Positions 11,150-22,090 of a DNA stretch of 33,639 nt are shown here, one piece after another. The stretch spans positions 1 through 33,639 of the forward strand of contig NW_025213497.1 in assembly GCF_004010195.1 (NCBI RefSeq). Direction: 5' to 3'. Positions within the stretch are counted from its first letter, which is position 1; every line of letters begins with the position of its first letter. The stretch is from Chiloscyllium plagiosum (taxonomy: Eukaryota). Below the pieces are notes generated by a model. That model was not told where the DNA came from. It did no database searches and saw only the letters and a list, made by a program, of their open reading frames with translations. Position numbers and translations under genes: made by a program.

Positions 11150-11460
11150 CTGGGAAGGTAAAGTTTATTTGCATAGGCCAGGAGCAACAAGTAAAGTGGT
11201 TACAATATTAGGAGACACAGGATTCTCTCAGTCTGTGAAGATGAGAAAATAAGTATTCCTGAAGGACTATTGCCAGAAAAGGTACTGGTAATAGGAATTC
11301 ACTGTGAGTCAAAAAGGCTTAATTATGCAATGTGAGGTGAGAGTGTCCAGAGAAGAGTGGAGAATTCATAGTAGCAGTACGAGACAAACTCCCAGCTCCA
11401 GGAATACAATTTTTCCTTGCCCATAATCTAGCTGATTCACTGGTAGAAATGCTGCCTCCT
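11150..11460 (+). pseudogene. Retropepsin-type aspartic protease, disrupted
   Basis: VVTILGDTGFSQS (DTG at 11214-22) and PGIQFFLAHNL (ILGND-like). Confidence 0.8.
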
Positions 11461-11859
11461 GTGGTTGAAAAGCCAGTGGAAATGCAGACAATATAACTAT
11501 TGCAGGACACATATCCTGGGACTTTGCCTGATTGCGTGGTAACGAGGTCACAAAGTCATCAGCTAAAACAGGAGAGATCAAATATACCGAGAAGATAGTT
11601 GAAGTGGATTTAACAGAGAACGTGTTTGATCAGATGGTTGACACAAACCAGGGGCAAATACACGAGACAGCAGACATCTTTAGCTCAGTTAAATTAACTG
11701 AGTTACAACAGAAAGATAAAAAGTTAATGCAATTATATCAAAAAGGCATACACAGAAAAAGAATCCAAATGCACCCCTGAATGTTACACTCTTAAAATAA
11801 TGGCTTAACGAGGAAATGGAGACTATCACATATTCAGGTGGATGTGAAATGAGCAGGAG

Positions 11860-12960
11860 TTCATCAAACCGTATTGCCAGTGGGTTACAGAAATGAAGCA
11901 TTACGAATGAGAACATCGAGTAGTTAAAATTGCCGAGAGTTGCATGAACTATCTGTCAGGGGTCATTTCAGAGTAAGAAAAACTCATGCTATAAAATAAA
12001 AACACTTTTATTGAACGGGACTGGACAAGGATGGAGTTGAATGTTGCCTGACATGTCATATATGTAAAGTAATTGGAAGCCTACAGGCAGCAATAAAACC
12101 TGCGGCCTTTAATACCCAATCCTGCATGAGAGGAAACTTTTATAAGAACCTTAGTTGATCGTATAGGTCTCTTACCTCAAACAAAAAGTGGGAATCAGTA
12201 TTTGTTAACAATAATGGATGTGTCAACTAGATTTCCAGAGGCCGTTCCATTACACAATATCACAGTTAAAAGGATTGCATAGGAATTACTCAAATTGTTT
12301 CACTAGATACGGACTACCCACAGAGATACAATCAGATCAACCTTCACAAAAAACTTACTCAAGGAAATAATGTGCAGCTGAGGAGTAAAACAATTCAACT
12401 CTTCTCTTTACCCATGCAGAATCGCAGGGAGTGTTAAAGCGGTGGTATCAGACACTAAATACTGTGTTGAGGGCTTGTAGTCAAGACTATCGAGATGATT
12501 GGGATAAGGGAATTCCGTTTGTGCTTTTTGCGATCAGAGATGCACCAAATGAATCGACCAAATTCAATCCATTTTAATTAATTATGGGGCCTGAAGTGAA
12601 AGGACCATTAAAATTCATTAAGGAGAAATTTGTAAGTCAGAATTCAGAGACCACATATTTGGACTACATGTCAAACTTTAGGAATGATTAAACACATTGG
12701 CTAGACAGCATTTAAAACTATCACCACATATAATGAAACAGGAAGCAGACACGAAATCAAAGACTTCAATTTTCAATTTTGCTACTGGGGATAAGGTGTA
12801 AGCGTTACTTCTAGTGATAGGTGAACCTTAAAAATCAAAGTTTAGTGAACCTTATCAAGTCGAAAGGAAATTGAGTGACGTGATCTACTTTATAGGGACT
12901 CCAGACAGAAGGACATATCAAAGTGTGTTTCATGTGAATGTGCTCAAAAGGTACCTTTGA
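11860..12960 (+). pseudogene. Integrase (HHCC, DDE core, GPY/F-like module), disrupted
   Basis: HELSVRGHFRVRKT...CLTCHIC; KSGNQYLLTIMDVSTRFPEAVPL; RYGLPTEIQSDQ; WDKGIPFVLFAIRD; FSEPYQV...VFHVNVLKRY. Confidence 0.9.
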
Positions 12961-13189
12961 CACGGAAGGGAAACTAAAGGAGAATGTGTTAATGATTACA
13001 ACACAGAGGGAAGAATCATGTTCAGAGGATTCTGAATTGGACATTTCTCAAATTAAATTGGACAAAGAGGAAGTAGTCAAAGATTGGGATAAATTATTGA
13101 GTCACCTTCCCGAGGAAATTCGAAATGACCTGAAAGATTTATTGCGTTCTCATGGGGAGACATGGGGGAATAAGCTGGGAAGTAGTAAC

Positions 13190-14490
13190 CAAATTGTGCA
13201 TGATGTAGATAAAGGAGATGTAGATATGTGCATGATGTAGATATGTAAATGGAGCTGCTCCATTTAATCAACATCCATAACCCATGAAAGTTGGCACAGG
13301 TTTAAAAGGACATTGAACGCATGCTCCAAGATGACATAATCAAAGCAAGTGTGACTGGAGCTCAGCCATAACAATGTTTCCAAAATCAAATGGCACCCAA
13401 TGGTTATGTATGGACTATTGCAAAATCAACGCAGTTACAAAGACTGATGCATATCCAATTCTGAAGTTTGAAGACTGTGTTGAGAAGGTGGTACAATCAT
13501 TTTTTTTTTCTATGTTGGACATGCTCAGAGAATATTGGCAGATATCTTTGCTAGAAAGAGCAAAGGCAGTTTTGGCTTTAGTAGCGCCGAATGGACTGTA
13601 TCAATTTAAAATCATGCCAATTGGCATGAAAAATGTGCCAGCCATGTTTCAGAGACTAACCAATAAGGTCATTGACGGATTACCATACAGTGTTGTTTAT
13701 ATAGAAGACCTGGTGAGTTTTACTCACACATGGAAGGAACATTTACAACATTTTTCAGACTTGTTCAATTGAGTTCAAAAGGCAGGCTTGGTGATAAACC
13801 TGGCTAAATGTAAATTTGCCAAATCCGAAGTCACTTTCCTGGGCCATCTTATTGGAAAAAATGTTCCACGGGAAGCAAAAGCAAAGGCAATTGGGAAGTT
13901 TCCCTTACCATCAATAAAAACAGCAGGACTACGGTTCCTGGGATTGAATGCATTTTATCAAAGGTTTTTGCCACATTTTAGCAGCATGGCTGTTCCACTC
14001 ACCGAATTGCTAAAGGAAGGCAAGAGGTTGCAATGGACAGCGGGCTGTCACAAGGCAGTCGACAGCCTGCAAGCTGTGTTAACCATTGCCCCAGCATTAA
14101 CCAGAGCTAATTATGCAAAGCTTTTCAAGGTGGCTATCGATGTAAGTCTTACGGTTGTCGGTGCTGTGTTCTTGCAGGAAAACAACGAGAAGATGGAAAG
14201 ACCTATCGGGTATTTCTCCAGGAGGTGGGGCATCATCCACAGGAATATTCGATGGTTGAGAAGGAGGCTTTCAGCTGGACATTGGCATTACAACATATCA
14301 GTGTTCATGTTACCGGTAACGGATCTGAGACAATCATATACACTGATCATAGCCCATTGAAGTTTGTGGAGAAAGTTAAGGACAAAAAATCCATACATTT
14401 AGATGGGGTTTGAAGATCAATTTGAAGATTATGCATGTGGCAGGATGAGAAAACGCGATTACCGACACATTGTCAAGACTCTAATAAGAA
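13190..14490 (+). pseudogene. pol: Gypsy-type reverse transcriptase and RNase H, disrupted
   Basis: LCMDYCKINAVTKTDAYPI, MPIGMKNVPAMFQR, VYIEDL (decayed YIDD), NLAKCKF...VTFLGH, FKVAIDVS..VGAVFLQ, YSMVEKEA, IIYTDHSPL. Confidence 0.92.
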
Positions 14491-14652
14491 ACAAAAGCAT
14501 TCGGTGGAAGAAATACAACAGATTCAAATGGAATGCAGTTGTGCATGTTTGCACATTTATAGTCAATGTGATTTATATGTGCGTTTTATTGTAATATCCA
14601 TTTAGATTAAGGGCTTATTAAATGAAGCCATCTTTACATAATGATGGTTCTC

Positions 14653-14667
14653 TTTTTAACGGGGAGG
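14653..14667 (+). promoter_or_regulatory. T-tract plus polypurine tract
   Basis: tttttaacGGGGAGG directly before the LTR start TGTGATG. Confidence 0.7.
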
Positions 14668-15290
14668 TGTGATGAAGCAACTCCTTTTACAAGGTTATGC
14701 TGTCCTTGGCTTTTTTCGATAGAATTTGTAAATGACACAGACTCCAAAAAGTCTGGGTTTGAAGGGATTTAGAGCTAATTTGATAATAGCAGACAGATAC
14801 TGCCTCAGTCAGAAGGCGTTTAAGATTTTTTTAAAAACCCTTGTACAATGAAAGCCCGTTCTCCCACCTCAGTTTCTCTCTGGTTTGGTTTGGGTTTTAG
14901 CAGTCGAGTTCTGAAGCTTCTGGACCCACAGAAACAGGTCCAGACTGGTCCTCTCTCTTTGATTTCTCTCCTGTAAGACCCTGGGTTTGATTTTCCCTTT
15001 TGTACCAAGCGGTATTTATGGGGATTGTTGCAAGTATTTGGAACACCGTCATTACGTTGGGGTGATCTATTGAGTTTTCAGAGAAGTTAAGTTATTCTAT
15101 ATTCGGTTTTCTCTTGCTGTGTTTCCTTCCTTAATCTTGTAAATAAATTCTGTTTAGTTTATAACTGAGTGGTTAGACCAGCTGCATCTCTCCTGGAATA
15201 TTCACATTACACCTGCTTAAAGGAACTCACAACGTTTGGGTATGGGCTACCGTCTTGAAATGTTTGGAGGGCTCTGGCCTGCTCAGCACA
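14668..15290 (+). repeat. 3' LTR (~620 bp)
   Basis: Begins TG after the PPT, has AATAAA at 15142, and its end matches the 5' LTR stub. Exact end uncertain (15284-15290). Confidence 0.75.
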
Positions 15291-15970
15291 TTACCAAAAT
15301 GATGTGGATGCTTTGGAGAGGGTGCAGAGGATGTTGCCTGGTATGAAGGGCAGATCTTATGAGGAAAGGCTGAGGGTCTTGAGGCTGTTTTCATTCGAGA
15401 GAAGCTTGAGAGGTGACTTAATTGAGACATATAAGATAATCAGAGGGTTAGATAGGGTGGGCAGTGAGAGCCTTGCCTGCTCAGCACATTACCAAAATGA
15501 TGTGGATGCTTTGGAGAGGGTGCAGAGGATGTTGCCTGGTATGAAGGGCGCTAGCTATGCAGAGAGATTGAGTAAATGAGGATTATTTTCATTAGAAAGA
15601 TGGAGTTGGGGGAGGTACTGATAGAGGTCTACAAAATCATGAGAGTTAGCGACAGGGTGGATAGCAAGAAGTTTGTTCCCAAAGCGGGGTCTCAACTACA
15701 AGGGCTAACAGATTCAAGATGAGAGGGGAAATGTTGAAGGGAGATAAGCTTGGAAAATTCTTTATGTCGAGGGTGACGGGTGCCTGGAATGTGTTGCCAG
15801 TGCAGATGGTAGAGATGGTATTGAGACCGATACATGAATGGACAGGGAGCAGAGGTATACAGATCCTGAGAAAGTAGGCGACAAATTTAGATAGAGGATC
15901 TGGATCAGCGCAGGCTTGAATGGCTGAAGCGCATGTTTCTGTGCATTAATTTTCTTCGTTCTATGTTGAT
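15285..15970 (+). mobile_element. CR1 LINE 3' fragment with an internal 75-bp direct duplication
   Basis: HYQNDVDALERVQRMLPGMKG occurs twice; LRGDLIETYKIIRGLDRV; 3' UTR ends near 15965. Confidence 0.85.
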
Positions 15971-16149
15971 AACACTATGAATTGTCCATAGTGAGAGGAT
16001 GTATGTATACTCGCCAGGATCAATCTTGGAAGCTCTCTGGACAGAGCTGACAGCCCATAAACGAATCATATTTTATTAGCGAGACAGCGAGGTGCAACAG
16101 CAGTATATTTGAATTCAGACCTTTACGAAGCCGTTTTCAATGTATTGGT

Positions 16150-16385
16150 ACTGCAATGTGTTGTGAACATCAATCAGGTGTTTACTGCGGTTATTGAACT
16201 GAGCAATAATCAGCTGGTTGCTATAGTTTCTAAACTGAGCAGTAATTAAGTCTGTGCTCTGATTACTGAAGTGAATAATAATTAAATGATCTTTAACTGA
16301 AAATAAATGGTTTGCCTTGCTTTTCAGCTTCAAAGAAATAAAGAGGTGTGAGCTCTTTATTTTATGAAACTTAAAACTGATGCCG
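16150..16385 (-). repeat. Unclassified AT-rich repeat with 36-bp subunits (copy 1)
   Basis: Its reverse complement aligns with 19310-19525. Confidence 0.7.
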
Positions 16386-16419
16386 ATAGAACAGTATAAC
16401 TTTGAGGAAGAGCACAATA

Positions 16420-16520
16420 ACAGTGCTTCATCGGAGGCTACACAGCACTGAAGATGTCACTCAGGAGGGCGCTGAAACATTTGCAAGAAAACCAACCAGC
16501 TCAGCAAACTCATCAACAAG
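16420..16520 (+). mobile_element. Penelope-like terminal fragment with degenerate hammerhead
   Basis: GCA-CTGAAGA-TGTCAC...-GAAACATT-TGC at 16445-16484. Confidence 0.55.
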
Positions 16521-16724
16521 TTGTTCAGATTGCGATGTGTGGATGGTGTGGATGAGTTGAATAAAAAAGTCTGTTTCTGTGCTGTATGGCTCTCTGACTC
16601 GATATGTCCCATTCAACCATTACTATCAAGCCAGGGATTCAACCCTAGTGCAATGAAGAGTACAAAGGGCATGCAAATAGCAGCATTGAATACCAGTATA
16701 TGAGGTGATGACCTAGTGAAACTA

Positions 16725-17350
16725 TTAAACAGAACTTATATAGCTGTAACATAATGTCCCATCTCCTATACTCTTCTCTTTGACTGACGGAGGCCAGCAT
16801 GCTAAATGCCTTCTTCACCACCCTGTCTACCTGTGGCACCATTTTCCAAGGACTATATACTTGTAGTCCTAGGCCCTCTATTCCACAGCTCTCCTCAGGA
16901 CCTTAGAATTTACGGTATAAGTTCCATCTTGGTTTGACTTTCCAAAGTGCAACACCTCACATATATCTGTATTGAACTGCATTTGCCAATCCTCAGCCCA
17001 CTTCCCTGTAATTTTTGCTAACCTTCCTCGCTATCAACGATGCATCTTAATTTTGCATCATCCGCAAACTTACTCATCATGACTTGCACATTTACATCCA
17101 GATCATTTATGTCAATAACAAATACCGAAGGTCCCAGCACTGACCCCTATGGCTCACCACTAGCCACAGGCCACAAGTACAAGAAACGACCTTCAACAAT
17201 TACACTCTGCTTGCCACCATTGAGTCAATTTTGAATCCAGTGAGCTAACTCTCCCTATGTGCCGTCACCGAGCATTCATTAATCGCCTGCCATACAGGAC
17301 CTTGTCAAAGGCCTTACTAAACTCTATATGGACAGCATCTCCAACCTCAT
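16725..17350 (-). mobile_element. CR1 LINE RT fragment
   Basis: GSVLGPSVFVIDINDLDVNVQVMMSKFADDAKL and QVDRVVKKAFSMLASVSQREEYRRWDIMLQLYK. Confidence 0.9.
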
Positions 17351-17389
17351 CTGTCCTCTCGGTGGTCAATTTAAAATGGGAACCTTGCA

Positions 17390-19290
17390 ATGGTCCGGAA
17401 TCAAACCCGAATCAAACGCTTGGAAAGCAACTATGCTCAAACTTCTATAGTAACATTGCTCATTGATGGACCTTTGAGTGTCCATTGGTGAAGCAGGTAA
17501 AGATAGTTAGATCGATGATGTTTCCTGAGGTGTTCTTGCAGAGGTGTCCTGAAGGTGAATTTGCTGACATGAACAATAATAACTGCCTTCCTTCTTGCTT
17601 GTTATTGATGCCACCAGCGCAGAGCTTTCTCTGGAGTCTCATTACAACACTTTGGCTCAGCAGGTAACAAGTTTTCGATATTTACGTTCTCGGACCACAA
17701 ACTTTTCAGTATCCAGTGCCTCCTGTAATTCCGTAATATCAGGGAGAATGAGTTGAAATGGCTGGAGATTGGGATCTGTGAACATGGGAACCTCAGGAGG
17801 AGGCTGAAATGGATCAACTTCTTAGTATTTTTGGTTGAAGATGATTGCAAATGTTTCAGCTTTATCTTTTGAACCAGTGTTCTGGACTCCCCCATAACTG
17901 AGGTTATGGTCCTTGAAGAGCAGCCGTCTCACCCAGTGGTTTAATTGTCCACCATCTCTTATGACTAAATGTGTCTAAGCGGATATCAGCCAAACTTAGA
18001 TGTGATGTAAAATCAGCAATTGCTGGTGGAACACAGCAGGTCTGGCAGCACCAGTGGGGAGAAAGCTGAGTCTCTTTGGTTATGTTGATCGCTTGTCCAT
18101 CATGTGTTCCATGCAAAAGTCGTACTGTTTTGTAGCTTCACTGGGTTGGAACCACATATGTTGGGTTTTCAGTTCTGCTGATGGTATGTCCTGTTGCACT
18201 CTTCATTGAACTCGTCTGAAGGCATTCTACTCATCTACTCACCGAGATGACTTTTCAATGTTGTAATTGTACCAGCTTCCACCATAAAGCCATAGGGTCA
18301 TACAACATGGAAACAGACACTTCGATGCATCCAGTCCAAGCTGAACATATTCCCAAACTAAAATGGTCCCACTGCCAGATCCTGACCCATATTTCTTCAA
18401 ACTCTTCCTATTCATGTATCCATTAAAATGTCCTTGTTCCATGCATGCATCATCTCTTGCTTGAAGGAATTGCCCACCAGGTCCTTTGAAATCTATGCCC
18501 TCTCACTTTAAACCAATGCCACCTCGTTTTGGACTCTTTTACCCTTTGGGACGACCTTGGCTGTTTACCCTATCCATGTCCCTCATACGTTACCAACATC
18601 TATAAATACTTTTTTCAGTCTCAGACCCTCCAGAGTAAAAAAAAAGCCCCAGGCTATTGAACGCCTCCCTGTATCTCAAATCCTCCAGTTAGGTATGTCG
18701 GGAAGATAGTCTATGATTGTCTCTGCAAGGTATAATTCTGATGCAGTAGATGGCCCACTGAACGTCCTGGACACCTCGTCATAAGTTGGTCGATCTGTTC
18801 GAAGTCTGCCCCATTTCACAAAGAGACAGTGCCACACTGCATGATGCAGTGTCGATAAAATGTGGGGTAGGCAGATTGGTGACAATGCCTTTGGAATGTC
18901 CCATCTCAGTCAGCAGGTGGTGCTGCTGAGCCTGCCTTGGTGATGGACGCTGAAGCCTCCCACAGAGTCCATTCTCTCTCCTTTCCACCTTCAATGTAGA
19001 GTTCAAATAAGGAAATTTGAGTAATGCGTTAATTGATAATCAGCAGAATGTTTTTGTGCCCACGTTTAACCTGAGGCTTCATGGGTACAGGAATCAATGC
19101 TGAGCACTTCCATTGTACAATCACCCCCCCTCCCCACTTTGATTGTATCCCACGTGGCTGCTATATCTGCTGACTTTGTCCTGACAGTGCGACAGGACCT
19201 GCACTGAGATGATCATAGTCTTGTCTGGGACATTGTCTGGAAAGTGGGATTCTGGGAGTGTGACTACGTACGATTATTATTGGATTTGCC
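17390..19290 (-). mobile_element. Old CR1/L2-group LINE (second family), endonuclease-to-RT pieces with nested inserts
   Basis: 17800-17960 is homologous to 21830-21990. 19140-19270 resembles an APE endonuclease N-terminus. Nested pieces at ~18010-18070 (Penelope-like) and ~18245-18690 (CR1). Confidence 0.6.
18245..18690 (-). mobile_element. Rearranged CR1 (HER1-like) 3' end
   Basis: HFNGYMNRKSLKKYGSGSG and a 3' UTR matching 28500-28640. Confidence 0.8.
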
Positions 19291-19309
19291 TGTGAGAAAT
19301 ATAATGCAG

Positions 19310-19525
19310 GTCAGTTTTAAGCTTTGTCCAATAAAGAGTTAACCCCTTTTTATTTCTTTGAACCTTAAAATCAAACCAAGATTTTTTCAGTTGAAGATTA
19401 TTCACTTCAATAATCAGAATCCACACCTAATTAAACCTAAAGTTAGTACCTGTAGTAACCAGCTGATTAATGGTCAGTTCAAGAACCGCAGTAAACAGCT
19501 GGTTCATGCTCAGTTGAATAAACAC
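19310..19525 (+). repeat. Unclassified AT-rich repeat with 36-bp subunits (copy 2, inverted relative to copy 1)
   Basis: Shares cagttttaag...aataaagag...tttatttctttgaa...aaccagctgatta...cagttcaa.aaccgcagtaaaca with the reverse complement of 16150-16385. Confidence 0.7.
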
Positions 19526-20119
19526 ATGTTCTTTGCACTATCATATATAGCAAAAATACAATTGCAAATGCCGGAATCTAAATATAGTCTTGCTGGATCA
19601 CACTGGCACCTCCAGTAAAGAGTGACCAGCTCCTAAATATCTCCTGTCAGATCCCAAACTGTATCTGGTCAGTTTCCCAAATATTTCCGCACATTGACAA
19701 TTTAACCTCATCATTGAACAAGAGGGATGAGTCTGGTTATCGCACCCAGCATCAGATTATTATTTAGCTCAAGTACTTTGAAAATATCCAATTATTCTTT
19801 CCCTTGAATGCAAATATTCCACACCTAATTGTTTTCATAAGAATAATTTAACTATGTTTCCAAATATTCCAGATACGAAGACATATTAAATTGGTTCTAT
19901 CTATCTCACAACTGAGTAATTTAGGATATGAATCTCAGTGTCTGTGTGATGCTATGGATGGAGGCCGTTCCTCTGAAAAACTGACAGATTGTTCCAAACA
20001 GCATATCACTTCAGCTCTTCACAACAGGCTTACCCACACCCACCCAGCTTACACTCATAAAACCTGAAACCCAATGACCACCAAGAGTCATGAATGGGCA
20101 ACATTTTTAATGAATTCTA

Positions 20120-22090
20120 ATTCATTCATGGGCATTGCTGGCTGGGCTAGCATTTATTGCTTATCTCTAGTGGCTGCTGAGAATGTGTTGGTGAGCTGCT
20201 TTCTTGAACTGTAGTTGTCTGTGTGCTGTACATAGACTTACAATAGCGTTATGAAGCGCTGTGAAGCAGAAATACTTACAGAACAGGGATATATTACCAA
20301 ATCAGGATAACGATTGACGTGGAAGGGAATTTGTAGTACGTGATGATCCCATGTATCTGCTGCCAATGTCCTTCAAGATGATTGTGAGTTTAGAAGGTGT
20401 TTTTTGAGGAACTTTGGTGAATTTCTGTAATGCATCTCGTAGTTGGTACATATTGTTGCGACTGAGAGTCAATGGTTGGAATAAGTTGGTTGTGGTGGCC
20501 ATCAAGTGAACTGTTTTATTACGGATAGTGTGAAGCTTCTTGAGTGTTGTTGCAGCCTCACTCATCTTGGCAAATGGGGAGTGTTCCACCACACTCCAGA
20601 CTTGAACCTTGCAATGGTGAACAGATGGAATTCAGGAAGTTAGCTATTCCCTGCAGTATTCCCAGCTTCTGCCCTGCCTTGTCACCCCTGTATTTAAATG
20701 GGCAGTCCAGTTCAGTTTCTGGACAATGCTAATCTCAAGATGTTGATTTTTGAGGAATCATCAACGGCAATCTCAATGAATATCAAAGGATGACTTCTGA
20801 TTTCAGCAGGTCTGGCAGCATTTGTAAGGAGAAAAGAGCGCTGACGTTTCGAGTCTAACTGACCCTTTGTCAAAGTTTTGACAAACGGTCAGTTAAACTC
20901 GAAACGTCAGCTCTTTTCTCTCCTTACAGATGCTGCCAGACCTGCTGAGATTTTCCAGCATTTTCTCTTTTGGTTTCAGATTCCAGCATCCGCATTAGTT
21001 TGCTTTTATCAAAGGAAGATTGTTTGATTCGCTGTTGTTAGAGTTGATCATTGTTTGGCATTTATGTGCCATATATTTAATTTGCCACTTTTCATTCCAA
21101 GCCTGGATATCGTCTAGGTCTCACTGCATTTGGATAAGGAGTATTTGTGTAATTACATATGCTGCTAAACATATGTAATGATTCGCTAATATCCCCATGT
21201 CTGAACCTATGATGGAGGGAAGTCCATTGATGAAATCACTGAAGATGGTCAGGCCTAAGACTCTCCTTTGAGGAACTCCTGCAGAGATGTCCTGCTTCCG
21301 TGACGACTGAGCTAACGGACCACAACTTTCTTCTTTTCTGCCAATGATGACTCCACCCAGTGGAGAGTTTCCCCTGATTTCCATTGCCTCCAGTTTTCCG
21401 CAGGCTGCTTGAAGCCATACCACGCCAAACACAGTCTTGATGTTAAGTACAGTCAGACTCACCCCACGTCTGTATTTCAGCTGTTTTTGGCCATGTTTAG
21501 ACGAAGGCTGGAGTGACGTCAGGAGCTGTGTGGCGTCACTGAGCAGGTTGTTTGTGTGTAGGTGCTGGTTCGTAGCATTTTGATGAAGCTTTTATTCACA
21601 TATTCATGATCGATATCATATTGATGGGGTGGGAATTCACTGGGTTTGCTTTGTCCTGTTATTTATGCACAGCACATACCTGGGCTCATTTCCACCCTCT
21701 CAGGTAAATATCAGTGCTGTAACTCAGCAGAAACTGCTTGTGCAAGGGTGCAACATGTTCTGGAGCAGATGTCATCTGTCCCATTGCTGGGATATTGTCA
21801 CGACCCCAGTCTTTATCCACTAGAATAGGCCAAGATGGATCCACCAGCAGCATTTCTGTCTGAAGAGTATAGTGAATGGGTTTAGCCTTATCTTTGCATT
21901 GATTTAATGGGCTCACCCATTGTTGATTATTGCAGATATATGTAAAGCCTCCTCCTCCAGCAATGAGATGTTTACTTGTTCACTATTATTCATGACTGGA
22001 AGTGACAGGACTGCAGGGCTTAGATCTAATATGTTGATTGCAGAATTCCTTAGTTGTGTCTGTTACATCGTGATCATGCATATGTTGAAT
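20120..22090 (-). mobile_element. CR1/L2-group LINE (second family), 3' ~2 kb
   Basis: RT motif AGVPQRRVLGLTIFSDFINGLPSII and AATTLKKLHTIRNKTVHLM. Its 3' tail (ttcattcatggg...gctagcatttattgc) resembles the SINE tail at 3775-3830. Confidence 0.8.
20800..21006. mobile_element. Palindromic Penelope-like terminal element with a hammerhead motif in each arm
   Basis: Arms ~20800-20875 and 20876-20951 have no spacer. Flanked by TATCAAAGGA at 20781-90 and 21007-16. Confidence 0.8.

Larger units (their letters stand above)
9583..15290 (+). mobile_element. Gmr1-like Ty3/Gypsy LTR retrotransposon, decayed, 5' LTR mostly deleted
   Basis: Ordered parts: 5' LTR stub, PBS, gag, protease, integrase, RT, RNase H, PPT, 3' LTR. 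Many stops and frameshifts. Confidence 0.92.

Noticed and set aside
13196..13245. Short duplication gtgcatgatgtagata in pol
   Set aside because: Ordinary slippage lesion in a dead element.
11860..14490. Copia or endogenous-retrovirus assignment of the LTR element
   Set aside because: RT, RNase H and IN motifs are Gypsy-type, and only ~180 bp separates pol from the PPT, leaving no room for env.
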